This document shows positions 16,866-36,998 of a stretch of 64,000 bases of DNA, piece by piece; position 1 is the stretch's first letter, and the number at the start of each line of letters is the position of its first letter. The DNA is taken from the NCBI RefSeq assembly GCF_009914755.1, contig NC_060928.1; one strand, written 5' to 3'. The stretch is from the human T2T-CHM13v2.0 reference genome, Homo sapiens. A program made the position numbers and the translations under genes. The notes beneath the pieces are model-generated. The model saw only the letters and a list, made by a program, of their open reading frames with translations, was not told where the DNA came from and ran no database searches.

Positions 16866-17050
16866 AACAATAATAACTGACACATACTGCTTAGTTTTTG
16901 GCAGTCACGGTTCTGAGAGCTTTATACATTTGACTCATTTAATCCTCCAACAAGCATATTAAATTGGTCTTATCATCACCTCTGTTTTACAGATGAAGTA
17001 ACAGTGAGACAGGTGAGACAGAGAACTTGACAGCTTTATAGTCTCATAGC
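16866..17050 (-). mobile_element. MIR SINE split by the Tigger1 insertion; the remainder is inverted at about 22370-22425
   Basis: CTCATTTAATCCTCCAACAA...TTTTACAGATGAAGTAAC core. Confidence 0.8.
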
Positions 17051-17929
17051 TGAATATTCTTAATATAGTCTTAATTACATACAAGTATACCTCAAATATA
17101 TTGCAGGTTTAGTTCCATGCCACCACAATAAAGTGAGTATCAGAATAAAGCAAGTCACACAAATGTTTGGTTTCCCAATACAGGTAAAAGTTATGTTTAC
17201 ACTATATTGTTGTCTCTTAAGTGTGAAACAGCATTTCGTTTAAAAATACTATGTAAATACCCTAATTAAAAAATACTGGATTGTTAAAATACACTAATCA
17301 TCATCTGAGCCTTCACAAGTCATTATCTTTTTTCCTGGTGGGTGGTCTTGCCTCAATGTCGATTGCTGCTGATTGATCAGGGTGGTGGTTGCTGTAGGCT
17401 GAATTGGTTGTGGACATTTTTTAAAATAAGACAGCAATGAAGTTTGCCACATTAACTAATTCTTCCTTCTATGGAAGATTCCTCCATGGCATGTGATGCT
17501 GTTAATAGCATCGTACCCACAGTAGAACTTCTTTCAAAATTGGGGTCAATCTCCTTAATTCTTGCTTCTGCTGCTTTATTAACTAAGTTTATGGAATATT
17601 TTAAATTCTTTGTTGTCGTTTCAACAATGTTCAGAGCATCTTACACAGGAACAGATTCCATCTCAAACCACTTTTTTTGCTCATTCATACGAAGCAACTT
17701 GTTATTCATCCAAGTTTTATTATGAGATTACAGCAACTCAGTCACATCTTCAGGCTACACTTCTAATTCTGATTTTCTTATTTTCACCACGTCTGTAGTT
17801 ACTTCCTCCCGTGAAGTCTTAAACCTCTCACAGTCATCCCAGAAGGTTGGAATCAACTTCTTTCAACTCTGTTAATGTTGATATTTTGTCCTCGTCTCAT
17901 AAATCACTAACATTCTTAACGGCATCTAG

Positions 17930-18323
<394 letters not shown>

Positions 18324-18865
18324 TACAAAATATATTTCTTAAATAATTTGACTTAAAAGTCAAAATGACCCCTTGATTTATGGGTTGCAGAATGGATGTT
18401 GTGTCAGCAGGCATGAAAACAACATGAATCTCCCTGTGCATCTCCATCAGAGCTCTCTGGTGACCCAGTATGTTTCCAGTGAGCAGTAATATTTTGAAAG
18501 AAATATTTTTTTCTGAGCAATTGGTCTTAATAATAGGCTTAAAATATTCAGTAAACCATGCTATCAATATATGTGCTATCATCCAGGCTTTGTTGTCCCA
18601 TTTCTATAGCACAGGCAGAGTAGATTCAGCATAATTATTAAGGGCCCTGAGATTTTTGGATGATAAATGAGCATTGGCTTCAACTTAAACACACCAGCTG
18701 CATTAGCCTGTAACAAGATAGTCAGCCTGTCCTTTGAAGCTTTGAGGCCAGGCACTGACTTCTTCTCTCGACCCATGGAAGTCCTAGATGACATCTTTTT
18801 TTCAATAGAAGGCTGTTTCATTTACCTTGAAAAACTATTATTTAGTGTAGCCACCTTCATCAATG

Positions 18866-20912
18866 ATATCACAAGCCTAAATATATATGCACCTAAACAT
18901 TGGAGCTCCCAAATTTATAAAACAATTACTACTAGACAAGAGAAATGAGATAGATGGCAACACAATAATAGTGGGGGACTTCAAAACTCCACTGACAGCA
19001 CTAGACAGATCAACAAGACAGCAAGTCAACAAAGAAACAATGGACTTAAACCATACTCTAGAACAAATAGACTTAATAGATATTTATAGAACATTCTACT
19101 GAACAACTGCAGAATAGACATCCTATTCATCAGCGCATGGAACATTCTCCATGATAGACCATATGATAGGCCACAGAACAAGTCTCACTAAATTTAAGAA
19201 AATCAGAATTATATCAAGTACTCTCTCAGACCACAGTGGAATAAAACTGGAAATCAACTCCAAAAGGAATTCTCAAAACCATGCAAATACACGGAAATTA
19301 AATAATCTGCTCTTGAATGCTGTCTGTGTCAGCAATGAAATCAAGATGGAAATTAAAAAATTCTTTGAACTGAACAATAATAATGACACAAACTATCAAA
19401 ACATCTGGGATATAGCAAAGGCACTGCTATGAGAACTTCATGCCTACATCAAGAAGACTGAGAGAGCACAAATAGACAACCTAAAGTCACACCTCAAGGA
19501 GCTAGAAAAACAAGAACAAACCAAACCTGAACCCAGCAGGAGAAAAGAAATAACCAAGATCAGAGCAGAAGTAAACGAAATTGAAACAAACAAAAAGAGA
19601 TAAATGAGACAAAAAGCTGGTTCTTTGAAAAGATAAACGAAATTGATAGACTGTTAGCAAGATTAACCATGAAAAGAAGAGAGAAGATCCAATTAAGCTC
19701 ACTTTGAAATGAAATGGGAGATATTGTAACTGATACCACAGAAATACAAAAGATTACTCAAGGCTACTGCTATGAGCACCTTTACGTGTACAAACTAGGA
19801 AACCTAGAGGAAATGGATAAATTCCTGGAAATATACAACCCTCCTAGATTAAACCAGGAAGAAATAGAAACTCTGAACAGACCAATAACAAGCAGCAAGA
19901 TTGAAATGGTAATTTTAAAAGTCCAGGACCAGATGGATTCACAGCTGAATTCTATGAGACATTCAGAGAAGAATTGGTACCAATCCTATTGAAACTATTA
20001 CAAAAGATAGAGAAAGAGGGAATCCTCCCTAAATCATTTTATGAAGCCAGTGTCACTCTAATACCAAAACCGGGAAAGGACGTAATAAAAAAAGAAAACT
20101 ACAGACCAACATCCCTGATGAACATAGATGCAAAAAAATCCTCAACAAAATACTAGCTAACTGAATACAACAGCATATCAAAACAAAAACAAAAACATAA
20201 TCCACCATGATCAAGTGGGTTTGCAGGGATGCAGGGATGGTTTAACATATGCAAGTCAATAAATGTGATCCACCACATAAACAGAATTTAAACAAAAATC
20301 ATATGGTCATCTCAATAGATGCAGGAAAAGCAACTGACAAAATCCAGCATTGCTTTATGTGTAAAACCCTCAGCAAAACTGGCATAGACCGGATATACCT
20401 TAAGCTAATAAATGCCACCTATGACAAACCTACAGCCAACATTATACTGAACCAGGAAATGTTGAAAGCATCGCCCCTGACAACTGGAACAAGAGAAAAA
20501 TGCCCATTTTCACCACTTCTATTCAACATAGTACTGGAAGTCCTACCCAGAGCAATTAGACAAGAGAAAGAAATAGAGGACATCCAGATTGGTAAAGAGG
20601 AAGTCAAACTGTCACTGTTCACCAATTATATGATCATATACCTAGAGAACCCTAAATAGTCCTCCGAAGAGCTCCTAGATCTGATAAATGAATTCAGTAG
20701 AGTTTCAGGATACAAAAGCAATTTACACAAATCAGTAAGACTGCTATACACCAACAGTAACCAAGCTGAGAATCAAATCGAAAGCTCAACCCCTTTTACA
20801 ATAGCTGCAAAAAATTAAAATAAAACAAAATACTTAAAAATATAACTAACCAAGGAGGTGAAAGACCTCTACAAAGAAAACTACAAAATGCTGCTAGAAG
20901 AAATCACAGACA
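18866..20912 (+). mobile_element. Internal L1 (L1PB-like) ORF2 fragment, EN to RT, without 3' UTR or poly-A
   Basis: Peptides [56 protein letters not shown]; several stops and frameshifts. Confidence 0.95.
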
Positions 20913-20980
20913 ATATTAGCTAGATCTTCTGAATGATCTGCTGTAGCTTCTGTGTTAGCACTTGCTGTTTAATCTTGCAC

Positions 20981-21240
<260 letters not shown>

Positions 21241-22495
21241 CACCTTGCACTTTTATATCATAGAGATGTCTTCATTCCTTGAACCTCATAAATCAACCTC
21301 TGCTAGCTTCACAGTTTTTTCTGCAGTTTCCTCACCTCTTCCAGCCTTCATAGAATTGAAGAGAGTTAGGGCCTTGCTCTGGATTGGATTTCGGCTTACA
21401 GAATTGTTGTGGTAGGTTTGATCTTCTATCCAAACCACTCAAAGTTTTTCCGTATCAGCAACAAGGCTGTTTCACTTTCTTACGAATCCTGTGTCTACTG
21501 GAGTAGCACTTTTAATTTCCTTCAAGAGCTTTTCCTTTGCATTCTCAACTTGACTGTTTGGTATAAGAAGCCTAACCTTTGGCTTATTTTGGCTTTTGAA
21601 GTCCCTTCCTCACTAATCTTAATTATTTCTAGCGTTTTATTTAAAGTGAGAGATGTCAAACTCTTCCTTTTATTTGAACACTTGGAGGCCTTTATAGGGT
21701 TATTAATTGGCCTAATTTCAATATTTTTGCGTCTCAGGGGATAGAGGCCCAAGGAGAGGGAGAGACACAGGGAAATGGTTGGTATGTGGAGCAATCTGAA
21801 CCCATAAAACAGTAATTAAGTTCTCCATCTTATACGGGCATGGTTTGTGGTGCCCCCAAACAATTACGATAGTAACATCAAAGATCACTGATCACAGATC
21901 ACTATAATAGATATAATAATAATAAAGTTTGAAATATTGTGATAATTACCAAAATGTGATACAGAGGCACAAAGTGGTCACATACTGTTGGAAAAATTAC
22001 ACCAATAGTCTTGCTCAATATAGAGTTGCCAAATCTAAATAAATAAATTTATGGTAACATCTGTAAAACACAAAGAAATATTAAATCAAAACATAAAATT
22101 TCCATTTTTGTTTGTCAAATTTAGTCAAATATTGCATATTACTGTGGTTTAACCTGAAACTATAACAAGCGGTAGTATATTGGAAGTTTTGCTTAAGGTA
22201 TTGTGAAAAATGTCAGGAAATGAATGTTAATCAGGCAGTAAAGAGATTGAGAAAGAAAATGATAATTTTAGATGAGGGAAAAAGTATATTCTATACAAAG
22301 CAAAAATCTTTTAGATTTGAAGGCATAAAGTAACATATTCTAGGAAGTATAAGAAGCATGTAGCTGTTGAGAGAGCTAGCCAGACAATCTGGGTGTAAAA
22401 TTTACTCTACCACTTACTAGCTATAAGACTAAGACTATAATTGAAGCTATATATAATTTATCATATTATATTATATCATATTATATATATATAAT

Positions 22496-22611
22496 GAGGC
22501 ATACCTCATTTTATTGCACTTTGCTTCACTGCACTTCACAGATACTTTGTTTTTGTTGTTTGTTTTTCAAATTGAAGGTTTGTGGCAACTCTATATTGAG
22601 CAAGACTATTG
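22496..22611 (+). mobile_element. Displaced, inverted 5' terminus of the same Tigger1
   Basis: AGGCATACCTCATTTTATTGCACTTTGC...AAATTGAAGGTTTGTGGCAAC is the Tigger1 5' TIR region missing from 17082-22031. Confidence 0.9.
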
Positions 22612-24268
22612 TGAGATCTACCTCAGTGCCCAAATCTTTTTTTTTTTTTAATCTCTGTGTCTCTAAAGCCAGCAAAGTATTTTGTACATAGTACATGTAT
22701 TCATCAGGTGACTGCAGAGTGTAAAAGTAAATGAATATACGGAGAAATTCTGAAGTCGAGAGGCAGATAAGGTGATTAAAAGGAAACGATAAAACGCTTT
22801 ATTTGAGGGTATAAAAATTAAAGGTACAGCTATTAGTGTATAATTTAGCTAAATCCCAAAAAACAGGCATCAACATTGGTCATAAAACAATTTTTTCTAT
22901 TGCTCTCTTACGATTAATGGTAAACCCATCTGTTGATTGCTAAGGGATATATTTTCTATTTCTATTCCAAAATATACAGTCATGCTGAAGGACACAAGTC
23001 CAGAAGGAACAGCAATTCTAAATGGTTAGGAAATATGTTATACAATCTAATTCAAGTCATTCTTTGAAAATGGAAAATGATATGAGTCTTAGTCTTATGA
23101 ATGCTTAGAAAGTGCACTTAAGATCAAAGAGAGGACAGTGAAAGGAAAGCTTTTAGGAGAAGGCTTTAAGATTGAAGACAATACTGTCGAGCTCTGTTCC
23201 ATCTTCCACTGAATACATGTATGGCTGAGAAATTGCCTTTAAAAATATTGGATGCGACTTACCTAAGAAGGAGTTTTAAAGATAAATGTAAGCCAGCACC
23301 AACAGCTATTTTCCATTCATTTTATGAGGGAAGAAATAGATTTTTAAGATATAAGTACAAAGCTGGAAAGGGACAAGAATGAAGATGACTGATATAAAGG
23401 GCATAGGTGACATTTGGAGTTCTTAGATTGTGATTTGTAAACTCTACAGTTTATGAACAAATTTGTAGAGTATGTCACTGCCGCTTCGTGGATAACCTGG
23501 AATCTTACACAAATACTTCTTCAATATACTTCCTTATACCTTCCTATTCAACTTTCCTCTGTAAATTTAAATATCGTTATTATTTCTCTTGTCATTTCCT
23601 CACAGCTTCTATGATGTTAATCCTTTTCTTTCTTAACTCAAAGCCACTCCTTTTAATGCCTTCATCTCTAAAAATTTTATAGCATTCTCTCGCCATTTAT
23701 TTCTAAGCCTGTACCATGCCTCATCCTTCACTAATCTTAAAAAGCCATTTTCATAAGCCTATTACTTTTTACAGGATCTTTTTAGTAGATAAAATTCTCA
23801 AAAGTCTTGTCATATGTTATTGACTTAACTTTCTCATCACTTCCTTCATTCTTACCTATTATAATCTGAATTCTACTTCCTTTTGCTATTGCATCTGTTC
23901 TCTTGAAGGTTCTAGAAAAAGGAAGGGATAGTTAATTGAGTAAGGTCCCAAGAATATAAAAAGTAATAGAAGAATAAATAAAAAGAATAGTTTTTTTTTT
24001 AAATCTAGGTACAAGTAAACCTTGAAAAGGAAAAAGTACTGCTGAAATTATGGGACATCCCTCAGAACAGAGTGAAGATAAGATGTTGGCCAAGCTGTGC
24101 CCAGATCAGAATATTGCCAGTCAATGTGCAATGATGCCATATTGGGCAGTAGTACCACAGTATCTGATCTCTGTGGACCCAGCAAAAAGAAGCCCAAAGA
24201 GCCAATGTCTTGACTGGAAATTCATGAACTTTATATCATACAACAAAGAGAAGCTATTATCACTGTAA

Positions 24269-24536
<268 letters not shown>

Positions 24537-24739
24537 AGGAGTGGTATCTTGTATACACATGATAGAGGACATGTCTTTATTGTATTAATTTCAAGTATTC
24601 TGATTGTGTAGAGTGTGGAAGAAGGAATAAAAGAAAGGATAAGAAATGCATGCAGTATTTAAATTGTGAATGAGAGATATTAGACTGAAGGCTCCCAGTG
24701 TGTGAAAGCCTCTGTTACTTGCTGTCCTGAAGCTAGGAA

Positions 24740-28000
<3,261 letters not shown>

Positions 28001-28047
28001 CTCTATGTCCGTTAATCCATTTGTAGATCTCACCAAATGGTCATATC

Positions 28048-28198
28048 CATGATCAGCTTCATCCGTGTGCAGTAGTGCAGACTTCTACACTTGGTGTAAT
28101 TCTCTGCTCTTGCTGACTCGAAATTCTTAATATTTTTTTAACAACGGGTTTTGTATTTTTATTTTGCATTAGGCCCCTCAAATTATGTAGTCAGTACT
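28048..28198 (+). mobile_element. MER91A-like hAT MITE
   Basis: GAAATTCTTAATATTTTT...ATTTTGCATTAGGCCCCTCAAATTATGTAGTCAGT. Confidence 0.7.
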
Positions 28199-28545
28199 AT
28201 TATTTTTCTTTTTCAAAATGTCTTGGCAATGTTCAGGCATTTATTTTAATACAAAAACTTTAGAACCAATCTATTTTCTCCTCACCCTAACCACCCTAGT
28301 ACACCTTACCCACTCCCCACACATCCTTTTGGTATTTTATCTGACTCATTCATTTGAGAAGAATTGGCATTTTTATTATTTTGAGACTTTCCATCCTAGA
28401 CATAGTTTATTTTGACACCTACTCAGATCTTGTTTTTTGTGTTTCTTTTGACATCTACTCAGATCTTGTTTTCTTTGCTTCAGTAAAATTTTATACTTTC
28501 TTACAAATAGAGTTTGTACTTTGTTAAAGAAGCTATTTACTCTTT

Positions 28546-29043
28546 TTTTTTCATTATACTTTAAGTTCTGGGATACATGTGCAGAATGTGCAGGTTTGTA
28601 ACATACGTTTACATGTGCCATGGTGGTTTGCTGCACTCATTAGCCTGTCGTCTACATTAGGCATTCCTCCTAATGCTACCTCTCCCTTTGCCCCCAAACC
28701 CCCGACAGGCCCCAGTGTGTGATGTTCCCCTGCCTGTGCCCATATGTTCTCATTGTTCAACTCCCACTTATGAGTGAGACAGATGCTGGAGAGGATGTGG
28801 AGAAATAGGAATGCTTTTACACTGTTGGTGGGAGTGTAAATTAGTTCAACCATTGTGGAAGACAGTGTGGTGATTCCTCAAGGATCTGGAACTAGAAATA
28901 CCATTTGACCCAGCAATCCCATTACTGGGTATATATCCAAAGGATTATAAATCATTCTACTATAAAGACACATGCACATGTGTGTTTATTGCAGCACTAT
29001 TCACAATAGCAAAGACTTGGAATCAACCCGAATGCCCATCAAT
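28546..29043 (-). mobile_element. L1PA (about PA7-like) 3' fragment with a twin-priming 5' inversion
   Basis: 28546-28779 is L1 3' UTR on minus; 28780-29043 is ORF2 C-terminus on plus; 14-bp TSD GCTATTTACTCTTT (28532-28545, 29044-29057). Confidence 0.93.
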
Positions 29044-30111
29044 GCTATTTACTCTTTATCCTTACAATCTCCTTACCAATTGCCACTTGAATAGCAAAAT
29101 AAATGCTTGATTCAAGAGCCGGGCACAAAAAAGTTTGTGAAACAGATTTAAGAAAGTAGGGAGGGAGAGTGGAAAGGAAGCAGAGGAAATCAATTGTCTA
29201 TAGGTATTTCAGTACAAATTCAATGTTAGAAAAAAATAAAGAAAAGCCTTCTTGCTGAAATAGGATGACTTTTATGGGCTGGATTCATTTCTCAAGCCAG
29301 CAACTTGTCATGTCTACCTGGCACAAATGAGCCCCAATAAACTAAACCTGTGGAATTAAAATTTTTCTCCTTACATACTCCCAGAAACTTTAAGGTTACA
29401 TTTAATTTTTAATTATTATTTTAAGGATGTAGCTTTGGTCATGTTACTAATGTTTGTGTCCTTTTATGATTCAGTTGTTAAACATATTTTTAATACATCC
29501 AATAGAATTAAAATGACATATCACATCTGAGAGGGATAAATTAATTCTGACTATAAGAAGCAGGTTTTCTGAAGTGCAGGGCACTCTGCCCTAGACTGGC
29601 CTAGATTGTAATAGCAGCACATTTTGCCCAGCACACGCACTTAAGATTTCTACTATTAAGAGAGCAGATTTTTACCTAATTTGTGGAAATTAACATAAAA
29701 AATAGGAAAAGGTATTGGACCGAAGGTAAATATAAGGTTTAAAACAAGTACATTGATTATTATCTTTTAAATGCTCTTTTTATACAGTATAATCCACAGT
29801 ATACTGAAGTTAGGTTAATGTAAATCTAGTAAGTTCATGGAATAAATACACACCATGAGAGATAACCAGGAATGTTACTGGTAAATAAACAGAGCTATGA
29901 TGTATCAGTGACAAGTGGGAATCTGATACCCACATGAAAAAATGCACATAGTCGTACATTATCCAGGAATTTTGTCACAAGTCAAGAAACAGATGTCTCC
30001 TATGAATCTAAATAAATAGTAGGGAAAAAAGAAAACAATCTACTGGTCTTCCAGAAATACATAGCAAATTTTAACTTCCTCTATCTTATCATACAAAGCA
30101 CAAATGAGTGA

Positions 30112-30429
<318 letters not shown>

Positions 30430-31279
30430 GAATGAGAGTCTTTACCAGATTTCTTCTCCTTAGTGAGACTGAAAATGCCTTTCATAAGTCTTGAATATTC
30501 CACTTCAAAAATGCATAGACAGATAAGGCATAGAGACTTGTCAGAACTTGTAGACTGCATGAATCAGGTGCTACCATCTTCAGTATTCCTTACTGTTGTT
30601 CTTGGCTTTGCTCCCCTGAGATACTCAGCAACAGTGTTTTGACAATAGTTGAGTGATGGGAGAAAAGACTTTATTAAACAAAAATTGTGATCATTGCCAC
30701 GACTCCAATCTATAATATATGTTGAATTCATAACATGTTTTTATGGGTTAAAGTAACTTCCTACTTACAGGATTCATTTTCACCAATATTAGGAGTAAAA
30801 CAAGGAAAAACACTATGATTTACTGCTGGTTCATAGTGACTTCATTTAAGGAGGTTTTGCCAGAACCAGTATTTTGAAGTATTGGTTGGTGCTGTGACAA
30901 TTTCACAACTGTCAATGAATAATAACATTAAGAATGGAAAGAAGTATGCCTTTCTTTCGAAAAGTAGAAAAAGGGTAATTATGAAAGACAATATTGGAAA
31001 TGATGACAGGGGTATTCCCAAACAGATCAGTTTTAGAAACAAAAACATGGACTTCAGGACCTGGAAGCAGACGCACTTAAAATCTTCCATGCCGACATAC
31101 CAAGATCCTTCCAAAGTAGGCCTACCTCAGTTTGAAGACTGTGAACTTCACTCGCTAGAAGCACTTTAATGGGATCTCTTTAGTTTAACTTCCTATAGGA
31201 CATTTAATAATATGATCTCTTTAAATGGAAGATTAAAAAGAACTATAATCCAGATGTAACAGCATCAAGATGCAACTGA

Positions 31280-33000
<1,721 letters not shown>

Positions 33001-33476
33001 AATTCAAAAATACATGAAAAAGATTTAATGTACATGAAAACAACACCATTTCTGTGAGGGCAGGTTGGTATAAATAAAGTTAAAGCATTCCAACATCTTT
33101 GCGTTTGTCCAGAAAGAAGGTAAAAGTACCAATTAACCAAATCAGCAAACTTCTAATAAATAAATTTCATTTCTAATAAATAAAATTCACTTGTTAGCTG
33201 GTTGAATTAGATGTTTTAATATAATGAACATCTAACATATATTTGGCATTAATTCCTTTCCTAGAGAGTAGTTGCAGAGGTTAGGTATGTGTGCAAAGAC
33301 TTGACCTATGCCAAGGCAGTAGAATAAATTTGCATTTCCTCCCTTTTTCTTCCTATAATTCCAGAAATTGGTCACACTGGTAAAGCTGGAGCCACACTAT
33401 TGCTATTTTGTAACATTTTGTCTTTATAAAATTAGTATTTATACTGCATAAAAAATCTATTTAAATAGAAAACATA

Positions 33477-33796
<320 letters not shown>

Positions 33797-33974
33797 TCAG
33801 GGGGAAAGTCAAATATGTGGAGGCAAAGAGGTATAATGCAATTGAAAAATAAGTTTTAGAAACAAATAGACAAGTAACATTTTCTTTCTGAGAGTAAGTT
33901 TTCTCATATGTGATGATGGGGATAATAATGAAATACATATTTCAAAATTATTGTTACAATTATATGAGATACAT

Positions 33975-34657
<683 letters not shown>

Positions 34658-36409
34658 TCACCATTTGAAGCCATGAGATATAAGAATCTGGATATCTAAA
34701 ATAAAACAGTCTTATTTTAGAGGATCCGTACTCCAAGTCTAGAGCTCTGTGTGGTCATGTGTCTTCAGGGAAGGAAAACATCCTTTCAGGCAGGGAGATT
34801 CCGATTAGGTCAGCATCCATTCTTAGTGGTAGGTGCCCATGCCATAGTGGCTGCTGCATAATTTTGAATTTTACAAAATCTACTCATGCCCCTCTTGGAG
34901 CAAACATTTATCCAGGGTGTTGGTCAAAGTGCCTCATATTAGAGAGTGGCAACTTCCCTGAGCTTACAACGCATTGCATGGCTGCTTTTCTGCCTTCTTG
35001 CAAATGAATGTTTGTATATCTGTCAGATTTGGTTCTAACAGTTTGCATTCATTCTAATGTACGACATAGTGATGAGGTTCTCTAAATTTCAGAAATACTT
35101 GCATATGCAAAATACAGATATAAGTACAATGATGCACCAGCTTTAACCACATTCAAAACTCAAGGAACATAGAGTCTTCCAGCCAAATGAGAGTGATTTC
35201 TCCTCTCTCCTTTGCCCCTACCAACCCTTTTCTGATCTACAACTACAGCTAGCAAGTTGTAGAGGCTTGGAGAAGGGAAGGGAATAGGAAACTGAAGGCA
35301 ACAACACATCCTTTCCTGAGGTTCAGCAGCTGCTAGCCATAGCTCTTTATTCAGGTAAAGTAAAGCAAAAGTCTTAATATTAGTCAAGACAAGCATTGCG
35401 CAATATGTTAAGCTGGACACATTGTAATCACTGAATCCAGATTGGATTTTTGTGATGTAAAGTAGCTATAGTACTTTCTATTACCTAAGAGCAAATGGGA
35501 ATAGTCACTGGATCTCTCCAACTTTCCATCCAGAACCACAGTTAGTTTACCCACGTTAAATTCCTTTTAAAGGGATAGTGGGAAACAAAAATAAAGTTTT
35601 GTTTTAATCTTATCATAAATCATTTTTTCATGAACTTATTACAAAAATATTTCAATATTACAAATATGAAATTTATAATAGCTAAAAATATTGTACAAAG
35701 AATTATGTTTCTTCTTAGGATAACCAGTTTGATTGCAGTTACTCAACTCTGGTATATGTAATCACAAAATAGTTTTATTTTTACATTAACCTCTATCATC
35801 TGTATTCTGTTGAAACCTCCTGTATCCCACCCATTATGTATAAATTACGTTTAATGTTGTCTGTAAGTTCATAACACTTTCAGTCATTTTCAGTAATTAA
35901 AACAGCTTTATTGTATTAAAATTTAACTATACACCCTTTAAATCTACAATCTCAGTTTTCCCTCTCTCCCCCGTTGTTATAACAGTGAGAGTTGAAGAGA
36001 GTTCTCTCACAACTTTTCTCCATCTCTCTTCCCAATAGTTTCTCCAAATAGATTACTGCCCACTCTCTGTTAAACAACCCTGCAAATCTATGTAAAAACT
36101 CAGCAAGGTTTAGAGCCAACTGATCCCAACTGAAGGGTTTAATAGCAAGTAGATACTCTAACAGTTGGTGGTCCTTTTCTGGGGGACCCTTTTCTATTGT
36201 TCCCAATTGTAGGCATCACACAGAATTTCTGAGGCATGTACCTCTCTACTCTTAGTGTGGTGATCTCTGACAAGCCTGCAACCTCCAATCTTATTAACAC
36301 TCTGTAGTCAAATATAGAGGTGGCCTGGAGGCCTGGGCCTCAAGGGGTGAGCCCTTATCCCCTCCACATGTCTATACTGTCACCCTCATCTCTCCCCAAT
36401 GCTCTCTCC

Positions 36410-36998
36410 CAGGGTTTGCAAACGTTTACTCTAAAAAGTCAGGTTGTAGCATATTCTCACTCATAGGTGGGAATTGAACAATGAGAACACATGGACACAG
36501 GAAGGGGAACATCACACTCTGGGGACTGTTGTGGGGTGGGGGAAGGGGGGAGGGGGGAGGGATAGCATTGGGAGATATACCTAATGCTAGATGACGAGTT
36601 AGTGGGTGCAGCGCACCAGCATGGCACATGTATACATATGTAACTAACCTGCACATTGTGCACATGTACCCTAAAACTCAAAGTATAATAATAATAATAA
36701 TAAAAAGTCAGGTTGTAAATATTTTAGGCTATGCAGACTATAAGGTGACTATTATTACTACTCAACTCTGCCAATGTAGCTCCAAAGCAGCCACAGATGA
36801 TACCCAGTTGAATGAGCATGACTATGTTCCAATAAAACTTTATTCAAGGACACTGAAATTTGAATTTCATATGTCATGAAATAGTACTCCTCTTCTAATT
36901 GTTTCAACCATTTAAAATGTAAAAACCATTCTTATCTTACAGTTATATAAAAACAGGTGGTGGCAGATTTTGCCTACTGTCAGTGTTTGCCAACCTGT
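36410..36998 (+). mobile_element. MER58 (hAT-Charlie) interrupted by a young L1
   Basis: CAGGGTTTGCAAAC ... TGTTCCAATAAAACTTTATT ... GTTTGCCAACCTG. Confidence 0.85.
36449..36701 (+). mobile_element. Young 5'-truncated L1PA2-like insertion
   Basis: Near-consensus 3' UTR with GAG (not ACA) at the diagnostic site, (TAA)n tail, perfect 16-bp TSD AAAAAGTCAGGTTGTA (36433-36448, 36702-36717). Confidence 0.93.

Noticed and set aside
18887-20659. Endonuclease and reverse-transcriptase ORFs as an active or novel RT system
   Set aside because: Fragments of L1 ORF2 with stops and frameshifts; the YADD-equivalent motif is degraded (FTNYM).
30882-31169. 95-aa ORF in apparently non-repeat DNA
   Set aside because: No recognisable homology, promoter or splice context; length compatible with chance.
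35950-36400. Possible ancient LTR remnant
   Set aside because: Only a reverse poly-A-like motif and general composition; no termini or TSD identified.
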